DNA of 64,000 nucleotides from Methanobacteriota archaeon (lineage in GTDB: Archaea; Halobacteriota; Bog-38; Methanoflorentales; Methanoflorentaceae): positions 1,984,001-2,048,000 of the forward strand of contig OY970393.1 in NCBI GenBank assembly GCA_963720465.1, read 5' to 3'. Shown here in pieces: positions 28,530-39,461 of the stretch; position 1 is the stretch's first letter; every line of letters begins with the position of its first letter. The notes beneath the pieces are model-generated. The model worked only from the letters and a program-made list of their open reading frames with translations. It did no database searches and had not been told where the DNA came from. A program made the translations under genes and the position numbers.

Positions 28530-29389
28530 GCCCGTTTTGGAAGAAAGAGAAGAAATCTGACGCCGAAAACATCGCGGAGATGCAGAGGGCCAGCCCTCCG
28601 GCTGCAGAAGAGAAAACGGAGGCCGCTCAACCGGAAATAACAGTGAAGCCCGCAGAAGCGGAGGCTGAGGTGAAAGAAATGGCTGCTGCAAAACCAAAAG
28701 TACTGACGTCAGTATTTAGCGGATGCACGGGGTGTCTTGTATCGCTAACCGACAACTACGACATTCTCCTTGATTTGCTCGACGCGATAGACTACCGGTA
28801 TGAGACTACGCTTGCGGACGTACGAGAAGTTCCCGATGAACAAATGGATATCGCCATTGTTCACGGTTCTATTTGTCTGCAGGATAAGAGACAGGTTGAC
28901 GATATACGGAAGATACGACAGAATTCGACGTTTTTAGTCGCCCTAGGCGGTTGTGCCGCTTCAGGAAACGTGACTCGATACAGCGTAGGTGGACAGGCGG
29001 CGACGCCGTCTCACGAATCGTTCGTTCCCGTCGCGAATCTCGTTAAAGTTGATTTCGCACTTCCTGGATGTCCTACGGGTCCTGAGGCGATCGCGAACAC
29101 GATACTCGCAGCGGTAGGTGCGGACCTCGAGTACTTGAAGCCCCTCGCCGACCTTGCGGGATTTGCGTGCGGCTGTGACCTACTGACAAAAATCATCGGA
29201 AACGGACTGTGCATCGGGTGTGGGACCTGTGCCATGGCGTGCCCAACGCGGGCGATTGACATGGACTACGGGCGGCCGCACGTCAACCAGGAGCTCTGTA
29301 TAAAATGCGGAGCGTGCTATGCACAATGTCCGAGGAGCTTCGAGCCGACCTTTGAAATGATAGAGAAGCGCGTCATGGGGGTGGAGTAG
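28526..29389 (+). CDS. frhG: F420-reducing hydrogenase gamma subunit
   Basis: SGCTGC, GGCA, PGCP, ACGCD and two CxxCxxCxxxCP motifs. Confidence 0.95.
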   Translation: MSPFWKKEKKSDAENIAEMQRASPPAAEEKTEAAQPEITVKPAEAEAEVKEMAAAKPKVLTSVFSGCTGCLVSLTDNYDILLDLLDAIDYRYETTLADVREVPDEQMDIAIVHGSICLQDKRQVDDIRKIRQNSTFLVALGGCAASGNVTRYSVGGQAATPSHESFVPVANLVKVDFALPGCPTGPEAIANTILAAVGADLEYLKPLADLAGFACGCDLLTKIIGNGLCIGCGTCAMACPTRAIDMDYGRPHVNQELCIKCGACYAQCPRSFEPTFEMIEKRVMGVE

Positions 29390-30238
29390 ATGGTTCTAGG
29401 TAAGTACCTCGACATTATGACGGTTAAGACTACGGACAAGATTCTTCAGAGGAATTCACAAGACGGCGGCATAGTCAGCGCCCTTTTGATCCACGCCCTT
29501 GAAACCGGCGTGATTGAAGGAGCTATCGTCGCTATGCCGACCGAAGAACCTTGGAATCCGGAGCCATACGTCGCCACCACGCCTGAGGAGATTGTCGCAG
29601 CGGCCGGCACAAAATACGTGCTGTGTCCACTCAACAGCGCGCTGAAGATTGCGGCACGCGAGCAAGGCCTCGATAAGATCGGAATGGTCGGAATGCATTG
29701 CCTGACCTATGCGGTCCGAAAGATGCAACTCTACCCGTTTGGCGCGCGCCACCTGCCGAACAAGATGGCATTGCTTCTCGGCATATTCTGCACTGAGAAC
29801 TTCACCTACACAGGAATTAAAGCGATCGTCGAAGAGCTTCACAAGGTGAATATTGAACACGTCGAAAAGATGGATGTGTCAAAAGGCAAGATGATCGTTA
29901 CGTCAACCATGGGCGAGCGGGTCGAAGTCCCTGTGAAGATGACCCACAACTACGTTCAGCCGGGTTGCTATATTTGTCCCGACCTGACCGCGCGGACTGC
30001 CGATATATCAACTGGATCGATCGGCTCGCCCGACGGGTGGTCGACCGTCATGCCGCGGACCAAAGTCGGGAAGGACCTATTCCAAAGCGCAGTCGATATG
30101 GGCCTGTTTGAGACCAAGCCAATAGATCCCGGCAAGACCGGCATGGAAATGCTGACAAAGCTCGCGCAGAACAAGTGGGATCGCTCTGAGAAGACCAGGG
30201 CGGAAAGAGCGGAAATTGGGCTTCCAAATCCGTTCTAA
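29390..30238 (+). CDS. frhB: F420-reducing hydrogenase beta subunit
   Basis: QDGGIVS, AGTKY, GIFCTENF, GCxxCPD and ADISTGSIGSPDGWS motifs. Confidence 0.95.
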   Translation: MVLGKYLDIMTVKTTDKILQRNSQDGGIVSALLIHALETGVIEGAIVAMPTEEPWNPEPYVATTPEEIVAAAGTKYVLCPLNSALKIAAREQGLDKIGMVGMHCLTYAVRKMQLYPFGARHLPNKMALLLGIFCTENFTYTGIKAIVEELHKVNIEHVEKMDVSKGKMIVTSTMGERVEVPVKMTHNYVQPGCYICPDLTARTADISTGSIGSPDGWSTVMPRTKVGKDLFQSAVDMGLFETKPIDPGKTGMEMLTKLAQNKWDRSEKTRAERAEIGLPNPF

Positions 30239-30247
30239 CCCCCCCTC

Positions 30248-30280
30248 CTTTTTTATTTTTTGCAAACTTTTATATTTTTT
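30248..30280 (+). terminator. Oligo-T archaeal terminator after frhB
   Basis: T-tracts immediately after the stop codon. Confidence 0.6.
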
Positions 30281-30326
30281 AAATTATAATACTGGTTAAT
30301 GGAATTGCCGCTTGATAGGTGACCAC

Positions 30327-31544
30327 ATGGAGCTGCTGGCAGACGTGGGAGGAAAGCCCGGGGTTGATTGTCGCGGGTTTTGCAGTTACTGCTATTTTAA
30401 GAACGTAAAGGATTTTAAGCCATTTGGGTGTCGCTTCTGTTCGCCCCTCAGTGAGGGCTGTGACTTCTGCGGAAGAGCGATTGCAGAGAAATACGCGGGG
30501 TTTAAGCCACTGTTGCGCGTGGCGCAAGATGTCCACGCGACCCTCAAGATGAGCTCAAAAGATCCTGAAAAGGTAACGATAAGTGGCGGGGGGGACGTCA
30601 GCTGTTATCCCGATTTACTCGAGCTTGCCGAGTTACTTGCCAGCCTCCAAGTCCCGATCCATCTGGGGTACACAAGTGGCAAAGGCTTTGACAGTCCTGA
30701 AGCCGCCGATAAGCTAGTCGATAGTAACGTGCGTGAAGTATCATTTACCGTTTTTGCAACCGCCCCGCACTTGCGCAAACGCTATATGGGAGATCCTTCG
30801 CCTGAGGCTTCACTTCAATGCCTCTCGACCTTTTGCGCGTCCTGTGACGTTTACGGCGCCGCGGTAATTCTGCCTGGGGTCAACGACGGCGACGTCCTCA
30901 GAAAAACGTGTGACGATCTCGAGCGCATGGGTGCACGGGGTTTGATCTTGATGCGGTTCGCGAATCACGCGAAGGAAGGGTTAATTCTTGGGAATGCGCC
31001 CATAATCCGCAACCTTGAATCTCAGCCAATCGAGAGCTTCAAGGAACTAGTTAGCAGTATCAACGACGATTACAAGCTGCGAGTGACCGGTACGCCGCTG
31101 TGGGACCCTGAAATCGGATCGCCTTTCTACGTGGGAAGCAATCCCGAAGCGCACCTTCCTAGAACTGAGAAGCGCGCCACGGTGATTACCGGAGCTGTAG
31201 CGGGGCCGTATCTTCGTTCTATATTTCAGCGGATAGCGCCAAACGTCAACGTTGTGAGCACCGAAAAAGAGATCGCGTGTCTCATCACGCTCGACGACAT
31301 TCAGAAGCTGAATTTGGCGAATATGAATGACACGGTCATCATCCCTGGTCGGGCAATGGTGCACGACAAGGCCGCTACGGCGGCACTGCGCGCCGATGGA
31401 GTGTACCGAATTGTGCGGCGAGGGCCCGAACAACTCACAGTCGATGGCGAAATGAGTATCGGCCTGAGGCGCGAAGAAGTCTTGGGACGTGAGGTAGCAA
31501 GCTTTAAGGAACTAATTCGGACGATCAATGCGATAGGGACGTGA
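30327..31544 (+). CDS. mmp10: Methanogenesis marker 10: MCR arginine C-methyltransferase (radical SAM/B12)
   Basis: DVGGKPGVDCRGFCSYCYFK, PFGCxxC…CxxC, ISGGGD and GPEQLTVDGEMS motifs. Confidence 0.95.
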   Translation: MELLADVGGKPGVDCRGFCSYCYFKNVKDFKPFGCRFCSPLSEGCDFCGRAIAEKYAGFKPLLRVAQDVHATLKMSSKDPEKVTISGGGDVSCYPDLLELAELLASLQVPIHLGYTSGKGFDSPEAADKLVDSNVREVSFTVFATAPHLRKRYMGDPSPEASLQCLSTFCASCDVYGAAVILPGVNDGDVLRKTCDDLERMGARGLILMRFANHAKEGLILGNAPIIRNLESQPIESFKELVSSINDDYKLRVTGTPLWDPEIGSPFYVGSNPEAHLPRTEKRATVITGAVAGPYLRSIFQRIAPNVNVVSTEKEIACLITLDDIQKLNLANMNDTVIIPGRAMVHDKAATAALRADGVYRIVRRGPEQLTVDGEMSIGLRREEVLGREVASFKELIRTINAIGT

Positions 31545-31613
31545 GGCAGCCTAGAAATCGCCGAAAGACAGTCGATTTGCGTGCGCCGGGTGTGTCTAAC
31601 CGGGGGGGGGCTA

Positions 31614-32534
31614 CTAGAGAGCAAATCCCGCGACCGATTTCGTTTTGATTTTCAAGATAACGTATTCACGCATAAACGAAGGTCTAACTTCCGCCACGTC
31701 CGAGAGGGTCGGACCTTCAATGAACTTCACATTCCGTATTCTTTCGTAGTACTCGTCGTAAGGAAGCTTAATTCGCATACCGTCTAAATGCATCGTAATC
31801 GGCGTGGGAGAGAGGCTTTCGCCAACTTGTGGGATCTGTTGTGTGATCTCCTCCATGAGGCGGAAGGGGCTCACCGATAGTGGGTCCTTCTCAAGCTCTT
31901 CGCGCCTCTCATCCAAGGCTTTGCTGATCATTCCGACGATGCTATCCAGGATTGCGAACTCAGATTCTCGATGAAACCCTTTAGCGCGTCGTCCTATCCC
32001 CCCGATGTATGCGTACGCGTAAGGAACTGCGTCGCATTCTGGGCCTCCAGTTACTATTGTGGGGACGTCGAGATCCTCATAGAGCTGATATTTGACGTCT
32101 GTTATGCAACTGAGGAAATCCCCAAGAATAAACAACGCCAAATCGTGCTCATTTATCAGCCCGCGCTCGCTCTTTGTCAGCTGTGCCGCGCGCCGTCCCA
32201 CTCCTCGAGCCAGGCCAATGATATTCGTCTTTGCTCCATTTCTTCGGAGATACTCTGCGATATCGCACGTCGGATGGGGCATGTGGTGATAGGCGAGACT
32301 CGGCGCGACAACGGCAATTTCGGTGCCTATGAGGGGTGCTCTAGTGATCGTTCCTAAGAGCTCAGCCGCTTTTTGCTCTACCGCGCTTATGTCGTCAGCC
32401 GGGACGAGTATCAAGAGCACGACTTCGAGCTGCATGACGTTCTTTTGCAGAAGGTGGCCGCCGAGATCCTCAACCAGCTCCATCAACTCGTCGTGTCGGT
32501 AAACGCCACCAGTGTACATGAGAGGCTCTAACAT
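31614..32534 (-). CDS. mmp7: Methanogenesis marker protein 7
   Basis: YTGGVYRH, HHMPHPTCDIAEYLRR and GLARGVG motifs. Confidence 0.93.
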   Translation of the reverse strand: MLEPLMYTGGVYRHDELMELVEDLGGHLLQKNVMQLEVVLLILVPADDISAVEQKAAELLGTITRAPLIGTEIAVVAPSLAYHHMPHPTCDIAEYLRRNGAKTNIIGLARGVGRRAAQLTKSERGLINEHDLALFILGDFLSCITDVKYQLYEDLDVPTIVTGGPECDAVPYAYAYIGGIGRRAKGFHRESEFAILDSIVGMISKALDERREELEKDPLSVSPFRLMEEITQQIPQVGESLSPTPITMHLDGMRIKLPYDEYYERIRNVKFIEGPTLSDVAEVRPSFMREYVILKIKTKSVAGFAL

Positions 32535-32535
32535 C

Positions 32536-33099
32536 CTATAGTCCCGCCTCTTTGAGCAACCTGCGTCCGTGATTTATCCATTCTTGTTTGACCGGCTCCT
32601 CAGACGCTATGAACAGGACGTAGTCATCTGTAATATCGTGCTTTATAATCCTATAGCCTTCCGGCGCGACGCGCCGTATTGAATCGATGACTCTGCGCTT
32701 CAGCTCCGTCGTGGGCTCGTAGATGGTTTCGTCGGGAATATCGTCGTCGGTCGCGACAAGGACTGTATACCGATCGAGCTGCAAAATGTTGGCCTTTCCA
32801 TAACGCTCAACGAGCTTATCGAGCAGATCGTTGACGTACCGTTCGTTCTTGATATCTAACTTCAGTCCGTCGTCGGTATGCGTCATCGTAGCGACGTCGG
32901 AAATCTTTATATCTGGAAGTGAGATCGCAAGCTTGCCATATAAGATGAATACGGGTTCGTCGGGATCGATGAAGATTTTGATGTTGTACAGTGATTGGGC
33001 GACGTCCAGGTCAGACAATATGTCAGACGTCAGTTCTTCAATCAAGCGCGCCCCCTGCTTATCGGGAGACTCGACTGCCACTTTTTTAGAATCGATCAT
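32536..33099 (-). CDS. mmp17: Methanogenesis marker protein 17
   Basis: DPDEPVFI and RVAPEGYR motifs; cluster position. Confidence 0.88.
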   Translation of the reverse strand: MIDSKKVAVESPDKQGARLIEELTSDILSDLDVAQSLYNIKIFIDPDEPVFILYGKLAISLPDIKISDVATMTHTDDGLKLDIKNERYVNDLLDKLVERYGKANILQLDRYTVLVATDDDIPDETIYEPTTELKRRVIDSIRRVAPEGYRIIKHDITDDYVLFIASEEPVKQEWINHGRRLLKEAGL

Positions 33100-33165
33100 A
33101 TCGCATGCAATCTCTTTGTAGGTGGTTCGCGCGGCGCCCGGCTGGGATTAGCTTCATCTGGGGCC

Positions 33166-34398
33166 TCATTCTACAAACCCGCTGGCGAGCAGCGCAGATC
33201 CGACTGCGCCGATATATTGTGAATATCTAGGCACCACAACGCTAACTCTGAGCACGTCTTGCATTGCTTCTACCAGACCGATGATGAGTGAGGTTCCACC
33301 GACCATGATGACGGGAGCTACAATTTCCAGCTCTTGAAGCTGCTGTTCGAAGACCTGTTCTGCGACACTGTAACAGGCCGCACTTGCAACGTCTTCTTTG
33401 CTAGCTCCGAGCGAGAGTGCGTTGACAAGGCTTTGCGTTCCGAAAACGTAACAGTAGCTGTTCATTGTCAAACGGTTATGATCTCCTTTGGACGCCAATG
33501 GCCCCAATTCACTGATGTCGACCCCTAATCGACGTGCGGTCATATCGAGAAAACGACCTGAAGCTCCGGCACAAATTCCGCCCATGGTGAAGCCGCCGGG
33601 AATGCCATCTATGACCGAAATAGCCTTGTTATCCATGCCGCCAATGTCGATGACCGTCGCAGGCCCTTTCTGTATCTCTGCGAGATAAACGGCACCCTTC
33701 GAGTTTACGGTGAGCTCTTCTTGAACGAGCGCAGCCTTCATCGCCTCTCCGACGAGCAAGCGACCGTAACCCGTAGTCCCGAGCGCCTCAATCTCAGATT
33801 TGCTCACTCCGGCCATCTTCAGCGCCGTTGTATACGCAAGTTCGGCACTGTTCAATACTTCGGTGGTGTCGACCCAGCCAACTCCTATTATCTCGTTATC
33901 TCGCATTACCACGGCTTTTGTGGTTGTCGATCCTGAGTCTATGCCGGCAGTTAATCCCGTCTGTTTTTCGCGCGCGAGCAAGGTTCGTCTCAGCGCGGTG
34001 GTTACGAGAGCTTCCATCCGCGTGAGGAGTGTTCCTGCAGTAGTCCGTTCGGTAAACGAGTAGCTGATAACTGGCAAATTGGCACGCTCATGGATATAAC
34101 GTCGCAATTCGCTTCGCGTTATTGCACCTTCTGCGCATCGAAAGCACGTAGTTATAAATACCGCGTCGACCGGGAAGCCACCGTCCACTATAGATCTGGC
34201 CCTCGCTATCATAAGCTGTAAATCAGGGCTGGCGACTTCTAGTCCCCACTCGCTTACCGCGTCTTTAATCGTGTCGGTATCTACTTCGGGATAGACTAGC
34301 TCAGCATTCACGGACGCGACAGCATTTTCAATTTCTTTTTGGATCCCGCTGTATTCGGAGCCACAGGAGAGGTGCGCTATCCTGATTTTTCGCGTCAC
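33166..34398 (-). CDS. mmp15: Methanogenesis marker protein 15 (activase-like ATPase)
   Basis: [33 protein letters not shown] and CAGASGRFL motifs. Confidence 0.93.
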   Translation of the reverse strand: MTRKIRIAHLSCGSEYSGIQKEIENAVASVNAELVYPEVDTDTIKDAVSEWGLEVASPDLQLMIARARSIVDGGFPVDAVFITTCFRCAEGAITRSELRRYIHERANLPVISYSFTERTTAGTLLTRMEALVTTALRRTLLAREKQTGLTAGIDSGSTTTKAVVMRDNEIIGVGWVDTTEVLNSAELAYTTALKMAGVSKSEIEALGTTGYGRLLVGEAMKAALVQEELTVNSKGAVYLAEIQKGPATVIDIGGMDNKAISVIDGIPGGFTMGGICAGASGRFLDMTARRLGVDISELGPLASKGDHNRLTMNSYCYVFGTQSLVNALSLGASKEDVASAACYSVAEQVFEQQLQELEIVAPVIMVGGTSLIIGLVEAMQDVLRVSVVVPRYSQYIGAVGSALLASGFVE

Positions 34399-34853
34399 GC
34401 GAGTACCTCCGCTTTGTGCGTCAGGGACTCGCAGAAGTCGCGGATCTTTCGTACGAATACACGCGCCTCATCGTCATTCGTCGGATAGGCGAGTTCTAAG
34501 CGCGGGATATCCTTGTGACGAACGATGTACTTGACTAGTTCGTTCGTTCGGGCGCACCCCATACATCCAAATGAGTAATCGGCCTCGTGAATGATGATAG
34601 CGGCTTCAGCCTCTTCTATCAGGGGGTCAAGAAGTGCCATCCGCCCGCGCACACCAGAAGGGACGTCGACCGCCGCATACTTGAGTCCTTTCTTAGGGTC
34701 TTCTGGTGTGACGTTGATAGGTGGACTATCTATTCCGACTTCCGTTATTTTCTGTCGTATGACGCGCATCAGCGTAAGCGGCTCGTGACCGAATCGCGCG
34801 ACCAGGTCAGATAGAATCAGACTGTTTGACGGAAATATGAGTATTTTAGCCAT
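34395..34853 (-). CDS. mmp5: Methanogenesis marker protein 5
   Basis: [28 protein letters not shown] and [12 protein letters not shown] motifs. Confidence 0.93.
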   Translation of the reverse strand: MAKILIFPSNSLILSDLVARFGHEPLTLMRVIRQKITEVGIDSPPINVTPEDPKKGLKYAAVDVPSGVRGRMALLDPLIEEAEAAIIIHEADYSFGCMGCARTNELVKYIVRHKDIPRLELAYPTNDDEARVFVRKIRDFCESLTHKAEVLA

Positions 34854-35292
34854 TGACATCCTCTTTTGACTCCTCTTCAATGATCTCGATGAAGCGGTCG
34901 ATTTTGAACTTGTCGTGCTTTTTTCGTTCTTTAGCGTCCAGTGGATCATCGATGGTCTCTAAACCATACGATATGCTCGGAAGAATGGCAGATTCCTTCT
35001 CGAGCTGGTGGAAGCCTGGTCGTGCACCGCCCCCCCTAACAGCGCGACATCTTCTTGAATCGCCTGGGGGGAACCCTCGGTCCTTGACGAAAATCCCTGA
35101 TGGATCCAGTCTCCTCAGCTCTTCTATGGTTCCATTGACCGCTTGCTCTGATCCCGTAACAATGAGCCCGAAACAAGTTTCTTTCACCACGGCGTCCGTT
35201 GATAATTCATAGGCCCGCAGTGCCAGCTCGCTGGGCAAAATGGGGCTTGAATCTGCAAGAACGACCATTTTTGTAGTCTCATCTGATACCAT
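34846..35292 (-). CDS. mmp6: Methanogenesis marker protein 6
   Basis: KETCFG and KDRGFPPGDSRRCRA…RPGFHQLE motifs. Confidence 0.93.
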   Translation of the reverse strand: MVSDETTKMVVLADSSPILPSELALRAYELSTDAVVKETCFGLIVTGSEQAVNGTIEELRRLDPSGIFVKDRGFPPGDSRRCRAVRGGGARPGFHQLEKESAILPSISYGLETIDDPLDAKERKKHDKFKIDRFIEIIEEESKEDVNG

Positions 35293-35357
35293 TGCACCAC
35301 TCGTTTCGTAAAGTAAGTATGTCAGCGATTAATATTATAATTATCTAGCAATATAAA

Positions 35358-36878
35358 TCACAGAGCTTCGTGAACGTATATTGTCTCGTTTTCGCGCACG
35401 TTTTGAAGAGGGCTTGTGTGCAGTATCCTCCCAACAATATTGGTGCTGTTGAACCGCTCACCGGTTGGTCCGTACTTTTCGTTATCTTCAAGTCGGACAC
35501 CGATTAGTCCAGCGTACTTGGAGGAGCGATTTGAGACACCGATTTCGGCTGCGCTCACTTTTGTCGTCGGCGTGTTTTCCGGCACAATATCAAACTTCTC
35601 TGCAGTCTGCGTGCGGAACATGATCGTCTTACCATATTTCACGTAAGCGTGCAACGAGCCCACTGGATTATCTCTCAAACCCGTAACCGTCCTCACGAAC
35701 GCTACTGTTTTAGGAGCGCGATCGTCATAAAGCTCAATTTTAACAAGCTTATCGTGTGGGACTGCAAAGGTCTTCACACTTCTGGCTTTGATAATGTCGA
35801 CCGTGTTGAGGGGCGATTGACGCACAACGACGGCGTCTTCGCCATCGTATCCTTCGCGCTCAAGAGAAATACCTAATCGATTGACCTCTTCCTCTATTGC
35901 CGCGACGCGCAAGCCCAACAACATGATGCGGGTAGGATCGGTATACACGCGCAATCTCTGCCCCGGGGTCGCGATTTTGACGAGCTCCAGCCCCTCGCTG
36001 ACATAGCCGATGACTGAATGGCTAGAATTTGAGGGCGTATCTCTCTTGTAAATAAATACGTCGCCACCGTCGTTTCCAGACGTACGCACGGTGATTGCTC
36101 CCTCGCTCCTCGCATCGAGCATTTCAAAGGGGGACGATCGACCGCGTAAGCGCGTGGAAACGACATAGGTGTTTGTTACTGCATCCACTCGATAACAGCC
36201 GTCCTTAGCAAGGGCCAAGAAGTGCTCTACGCCCTCAGACGCATCTCTCGAGAGCGTTGCTTTGAGGTAGGTGTAGACTTCCATTCCATCTTCAAGTTCG
36301 ATGTCAAAATCAGACGTCGTGAACTTGTCGGTGATATATTCGAGTCGCTCAATCGGCTCGATTCTTTGAATTTCGTCTCCGTTCTCGAGCTTTTCGAGGA
36401 CATTTCTGCCTGCGACTGCTTTTCCAACTATGGCGTTTGTTCCGTACGAGGCGGTATGCCGCTTTTTTATAAATGAAAGGTACGTATTTGTCTGATCAAA
36501 CCCGCCAAGGCTGTATGTAATATCCCAGCGCTCGTATTCTCGTTCACCGCGGTCGACCTCAAGGTCGCTTGGAACGGGGCCGGCTGATACTATCTGGGGC
36601 TGGGACCAGTGGACCTTGGTCCCAACAAATATTTTATAAGTGCGCAGCCAAAGGCGCCGGCTCGGTTCATCGACCTCAATTCTGATCTCGCCTTTGTTTG
36701 TGTAAACCGCATATTCCTTGATGACGTCTAGTTTTTGGGTTTTTCTCCCCTTTATGATGCCCACGAGCAGCCCGTCGCGGTAGGGGGTATTTGTGAGTTC
36801 AAGCGCATCGCGCAGCGTGCGGGTTGCACGATCGAGCACAACCTGTTTCCCGTCAAGAACGATGAACTTGGCGTCCAT
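35358..36878 (-). CDS. mmp3: Methanogenesis marker protein 3 (cyclophilin-like)
   Basis: APKTV, PENTP and IGVRLEDNEKYGPTGE motifs. Confidence 0.9.
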   Translation of the reverse strand: MDAKFIVLDGKQVVLDRATRTLRDALELTNTPYRDGLLVGIIKGRKTQKLDVIKEYAVYTNKGEIRIEVDEPSRRLWLRTYKIFVGTKVHWSQPQIVSAGPVPSDLEVDRGEREYERWDITYSLGGFDQTNTYLSFIKKRHTASYGTNAIVGKAVAGRNVLEKLENGDEIQRIEPIERLEYITDKFTTSDFDIELEDGMEVYTYLKATLSRDASEGVEHFLALAKDGCYRVDAVTNTYVVSTRLRGRSSPFEMLDARSEGAITVRTSGNDGGDVFIYKRDTPSNSSHSVIGYVSEGLELVKIATPGQRLRVYTDPTRIMLLGLRVAAIEEEVNRLGISLEREGYDGEDAVVVRQSPLNTVDIIKARSVKTFAVPHDKLVKIELYDDRAPKTVAFVRTVTGLRDNPVGSLHAYVKYGKTIMFRTQTAEKFDIVPENTPTTKVSAAEIGVSNRSSKYAGLIGVRLEDNEKYGPTGERFNSTNIVGRILHTSPLQNVRENETIYVHEAL

Positions 36879-36895
36879 GCCTATTATGCGTCCGT

Positions 36896-38491
36896 TCAGC
36901 TGGCCGCTTTCTCCTGCTCCGTCAGAACGTCAAGCACTTGCGCGGTCGGTCCCATGGAGATGATCTTGCCCCCGCGCAAGAGAGCGGCCCGGTCGCAGAC
37001 CTCCCGAACGAAATCGAGATCGTGCGATACAATCATAAACGTCTCGCCGATTTCCGCGCGCGCAGTCAGAATTGAGTTTGACACGTCTTTCTTGGTGATA
37101 GGATCCATCGTTCCTGTGGGTTCGTCCAGTATAACGAGGTTGGGCTCTCGAATCAGAACCTGCGCGAGAGCCACCCGATGCCGCTCTCCTTGACTCAGCT
37201 CATCCGGCACCTTAGCAAGGATGCTCTCGCTCGTCGACTCGTTAAAGCCGGCAGCGATCAAAGTTTGTACCGCTTTGTGTTCTGAAAGTTCAGCGGGAAG
37301 TTCCAAGCCTATGCTACTCGTCAGGTTATCCAAAACGTCGCGGAACGGGTAAAGGTCATATTCCTGGTAGAGTACGCCAATGTACGGCTTCGCTCTTCCT
37401 CTATTGTTGGGACCAGGCATAGTCATGTCCACCCAATCGTCGCCGATGCGCACCTGCACCTCGCCGTTCGTCGGCTCGAGCACACCTGCGATGATCTTGG
37501 AAACGCTTGTTTTTCCGGCCCCGCTTAATCCAATGAGGCCAAAGACTTCCCCTTCTTGGATATTAAACGACACGTTGCTGACGGCTCTGATTACACCGCG
37601 GTCGAGTGTCACGTATTTCTTTTCAAGCTCCGCCACTTTCACTATCGTGTCGCCAGAGGCGACCTCGTGTTTCTTTATCTCCCCGACGGTGCTCAAAAAC
37701 TCATCGATAACTTCTTTCGGCGCGCCTTCTTTTGTAACCCTCCCGTCATCAAGCAGTATCGCTCTGTCAGCTATCGATTCAATGTCTTCAGGAAGGTGCG
37801 AGGTGACCAGCACAGCCATGTCGTTCATTTTGGCTTCGTGTTGGATTATTTTGTGGATAATTTCCGCTGTCTTCCGGTCTAGGGTGCCGGTGGGTTCATC
37901 AGCGAGTAAGATGATCGGTGATCTTGCGAGTTGGCGCGCTAAAACAACCCGCTGTTTCTCTCCGCCGCTGAGATCACGCGCCATGTGCATCATTCGATGT
38001 GATAACTTCACCTGATCAATAAGTTCAGATGCTTTATAAATTGCTTCAGAATCGCCGTACCCGCGTTCTGTGAAGCTCCGCATGACGTTTTCTATCGCGC
38101 GCTCGTCGCCGTAAAGAGCGAAGGTGCGCTGTAGCATTATTGCAACGCGGCTTCTAACGTCCCGTTGCAAATCGCTCTCTTCGTCTGCCCACGCGTCAAC
38201 TCGGAAGAATTGCATCTTTCCGGCACATAGGGGACAAGGTCTTCCGACTCGACTGGGCACGTCGACGTGTCGACAGTTTCGACAATACGCGACGTTGTAA
38301 TAGATTTTGCCACTGGTTGGCTTGTACTCTTTCAATCCTCGTATGGCGTGCAGTAAGACGGTTTTTCCGGCCCCGCTCTTGCCTATGATTCCAAGTACCT
38401 CGCCCTCGTCAAGGGTGAAATTGATGCCTTTTAATATCTCAAATTCGCCGAACGTTTTGACTAAGTTTTCGACTTCTATCAAGACGGCCAT
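36896..38491 (-). CDS. atwA: Methyl-coenzyme M reductase system component A2
   Basis: Two ABC ATPase domains with a CxxC…CxxC insert; AIMLQRTFALY and RDLSGGEKQR. Confidence 0.96.
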   Translation of the reverse strand: MAVLIEVENLVKTFGEFEILKGINFTLDEGEVLGIIGKSGAGKTVLLHAIRGLKEYKPTSGKIYYNVAYCRNCRHVDVPSRVGRPCPLCAGKMQFFRVDAWADEESDLQRDVRSRVAIMLQRTFALYGDERAIENVMRSFTERGYGDSEAIYKASELIDQVKLSHRMMHMARDLSGGEKQRVVLARQLARSPIILLADEPTGTLDRKTAEIIHKIIQHEAKMNDMAVLVTSHLPEDIESIADRAILLDDGRVTKEGAPKEVIDEFLSTVGEIKKHEVASGDTIVKVAELEKKYVTLDRGVIRAVSNVSFNIQEGEVFGLIGLSGAGKTSVSKIIAGVLEPTNGEVQVRIGDDWVDMTMPGPNNRGRAKPYIGVLYQEYDLYPFRDVLDNLTSSIGLELPAELSEHKAVQTLIAAGFNESTSESILAKVPDELSQGERHRVALAQVLIREPNLVILDEPTGTMDPITKKDVSNSILTARAEIGETFMIVSHDLDFVREVCDRAALLRGGKIISMGPTAQVLDVLTEQEKAAS

Positions 38492-39342
38492 TAAAGTGTT
38501 GCCTCCTTCGACCCCGTACCATTATAACTGTTATTTGTAATAATGTTTTTTAATATTCCAGGTAAGAGCGCTAAGTCTTTTATCACGAGATCGGCTGCTT
38601 CGTAGAGCGTTGCGGGACGTTCCTCTTTCTGTTGTATTGTTAAAACGCCAAGGTCCGCGGCTCTCAGCGCGGGGATATCGTTTATCCCATCGCCCACCAT
38701 CACGACGTAACGATATTCTTCCTTAAGTTCATGGACCAGTTGCTCCTTTGCGCCCGGGGTTGCGATGTCCCTGATATTCTCGTACGGAATATCAATGCGG
38801 TCAGCGAGTGCATAAAGGGTGTTTTTCGCATCACCCGAGGCTACGTAGATATCACCCCCAATACGTTTGAGCTCATCAATAACGGGACGGGCCGACTCGA
38901 AGAGTTCTCCGCAGGTGGCAAGAACGTACGGGATATTGCCTTGTTCAATATCAACGATGGCCGCAGTGCCGGTGAAGTACGACGAGCTGCAACTTTTTCT
39001 GACTTCGTCGACTACATCGACTAGATCCTTGACTCGACTCTTTGCATCACGCGCAACGGCGCGCAACACCGTTGTTTTAGCAACCGGGACGTTGGAGCAA
39101 ACAACTACAAGATCAACGTTGTAGATGTCCAAGAAATCTGCGATGGACAAGTCAGTGGGCACGCCTTCTAAGTCTTTAGGAACGTCCAGCTGAAACACCG
39201 CAAGCACGTAGTCCTGCCGCGTCCCGATGAAACTGAGGGATACTATCTGATGCAAGAGCATGTCTCCGTCAATCTCCTTCGCTACGCGATATTTCTCAAG
39301 AAGTGTGCCCGCGCAGTCGAACACAACGGCAAAACCTTTCAT
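38491..39342 (-). CDS. HAD-family hydrolase (soluble P-type ATPase-like)
   Basis: VFDCAGTL, ASGD and MVGDGINDI motifs. Confidence 0.88.
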   Translation of the reverse strand: MKGFAVVFDCAGTLLEKYRVAKEIDGDMLLHQIVSLSFIGTRQDYVLAVFQLDVPKDLEGVPTDLSIADFLDIYNVDLVVVCSNVPVAKTTVLRAVARDAKSRVKDLVDVVDEVRKSCSSSYFTGTAAIVDIEQGNIPYVLATCGELFESARPVIDELKRIGGDIYVASGDAKNTLYALADRIDIPYENIRDIATPGAKEQLVHELKEEYRYVVMVGDGINDIPALRAADLGVLTIQQKEERPATLYEAADLVIKDLALLPGILKNIITNNSYNGTGSKEATL

Positions 39343-39461
39343 TGGTTACCTGAAGAGCATTTGATACGAGTTGTTCGTGAGAGAATTGGCAAATCCGGAG
39401 AAATACGTGAAATAATTAATTATAGAGGGAACCTACTGCGAGTGTTACTCGTTAAGGGCAT

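Noticed and set aside
29387-29392. frhG TAG directly followed by an in-frame frhB ATG (possible amber readthrough fusion)
   Set aside because: frhB has its own RBS-like sequence and no pyl genes are visible; tight operon packing explains it
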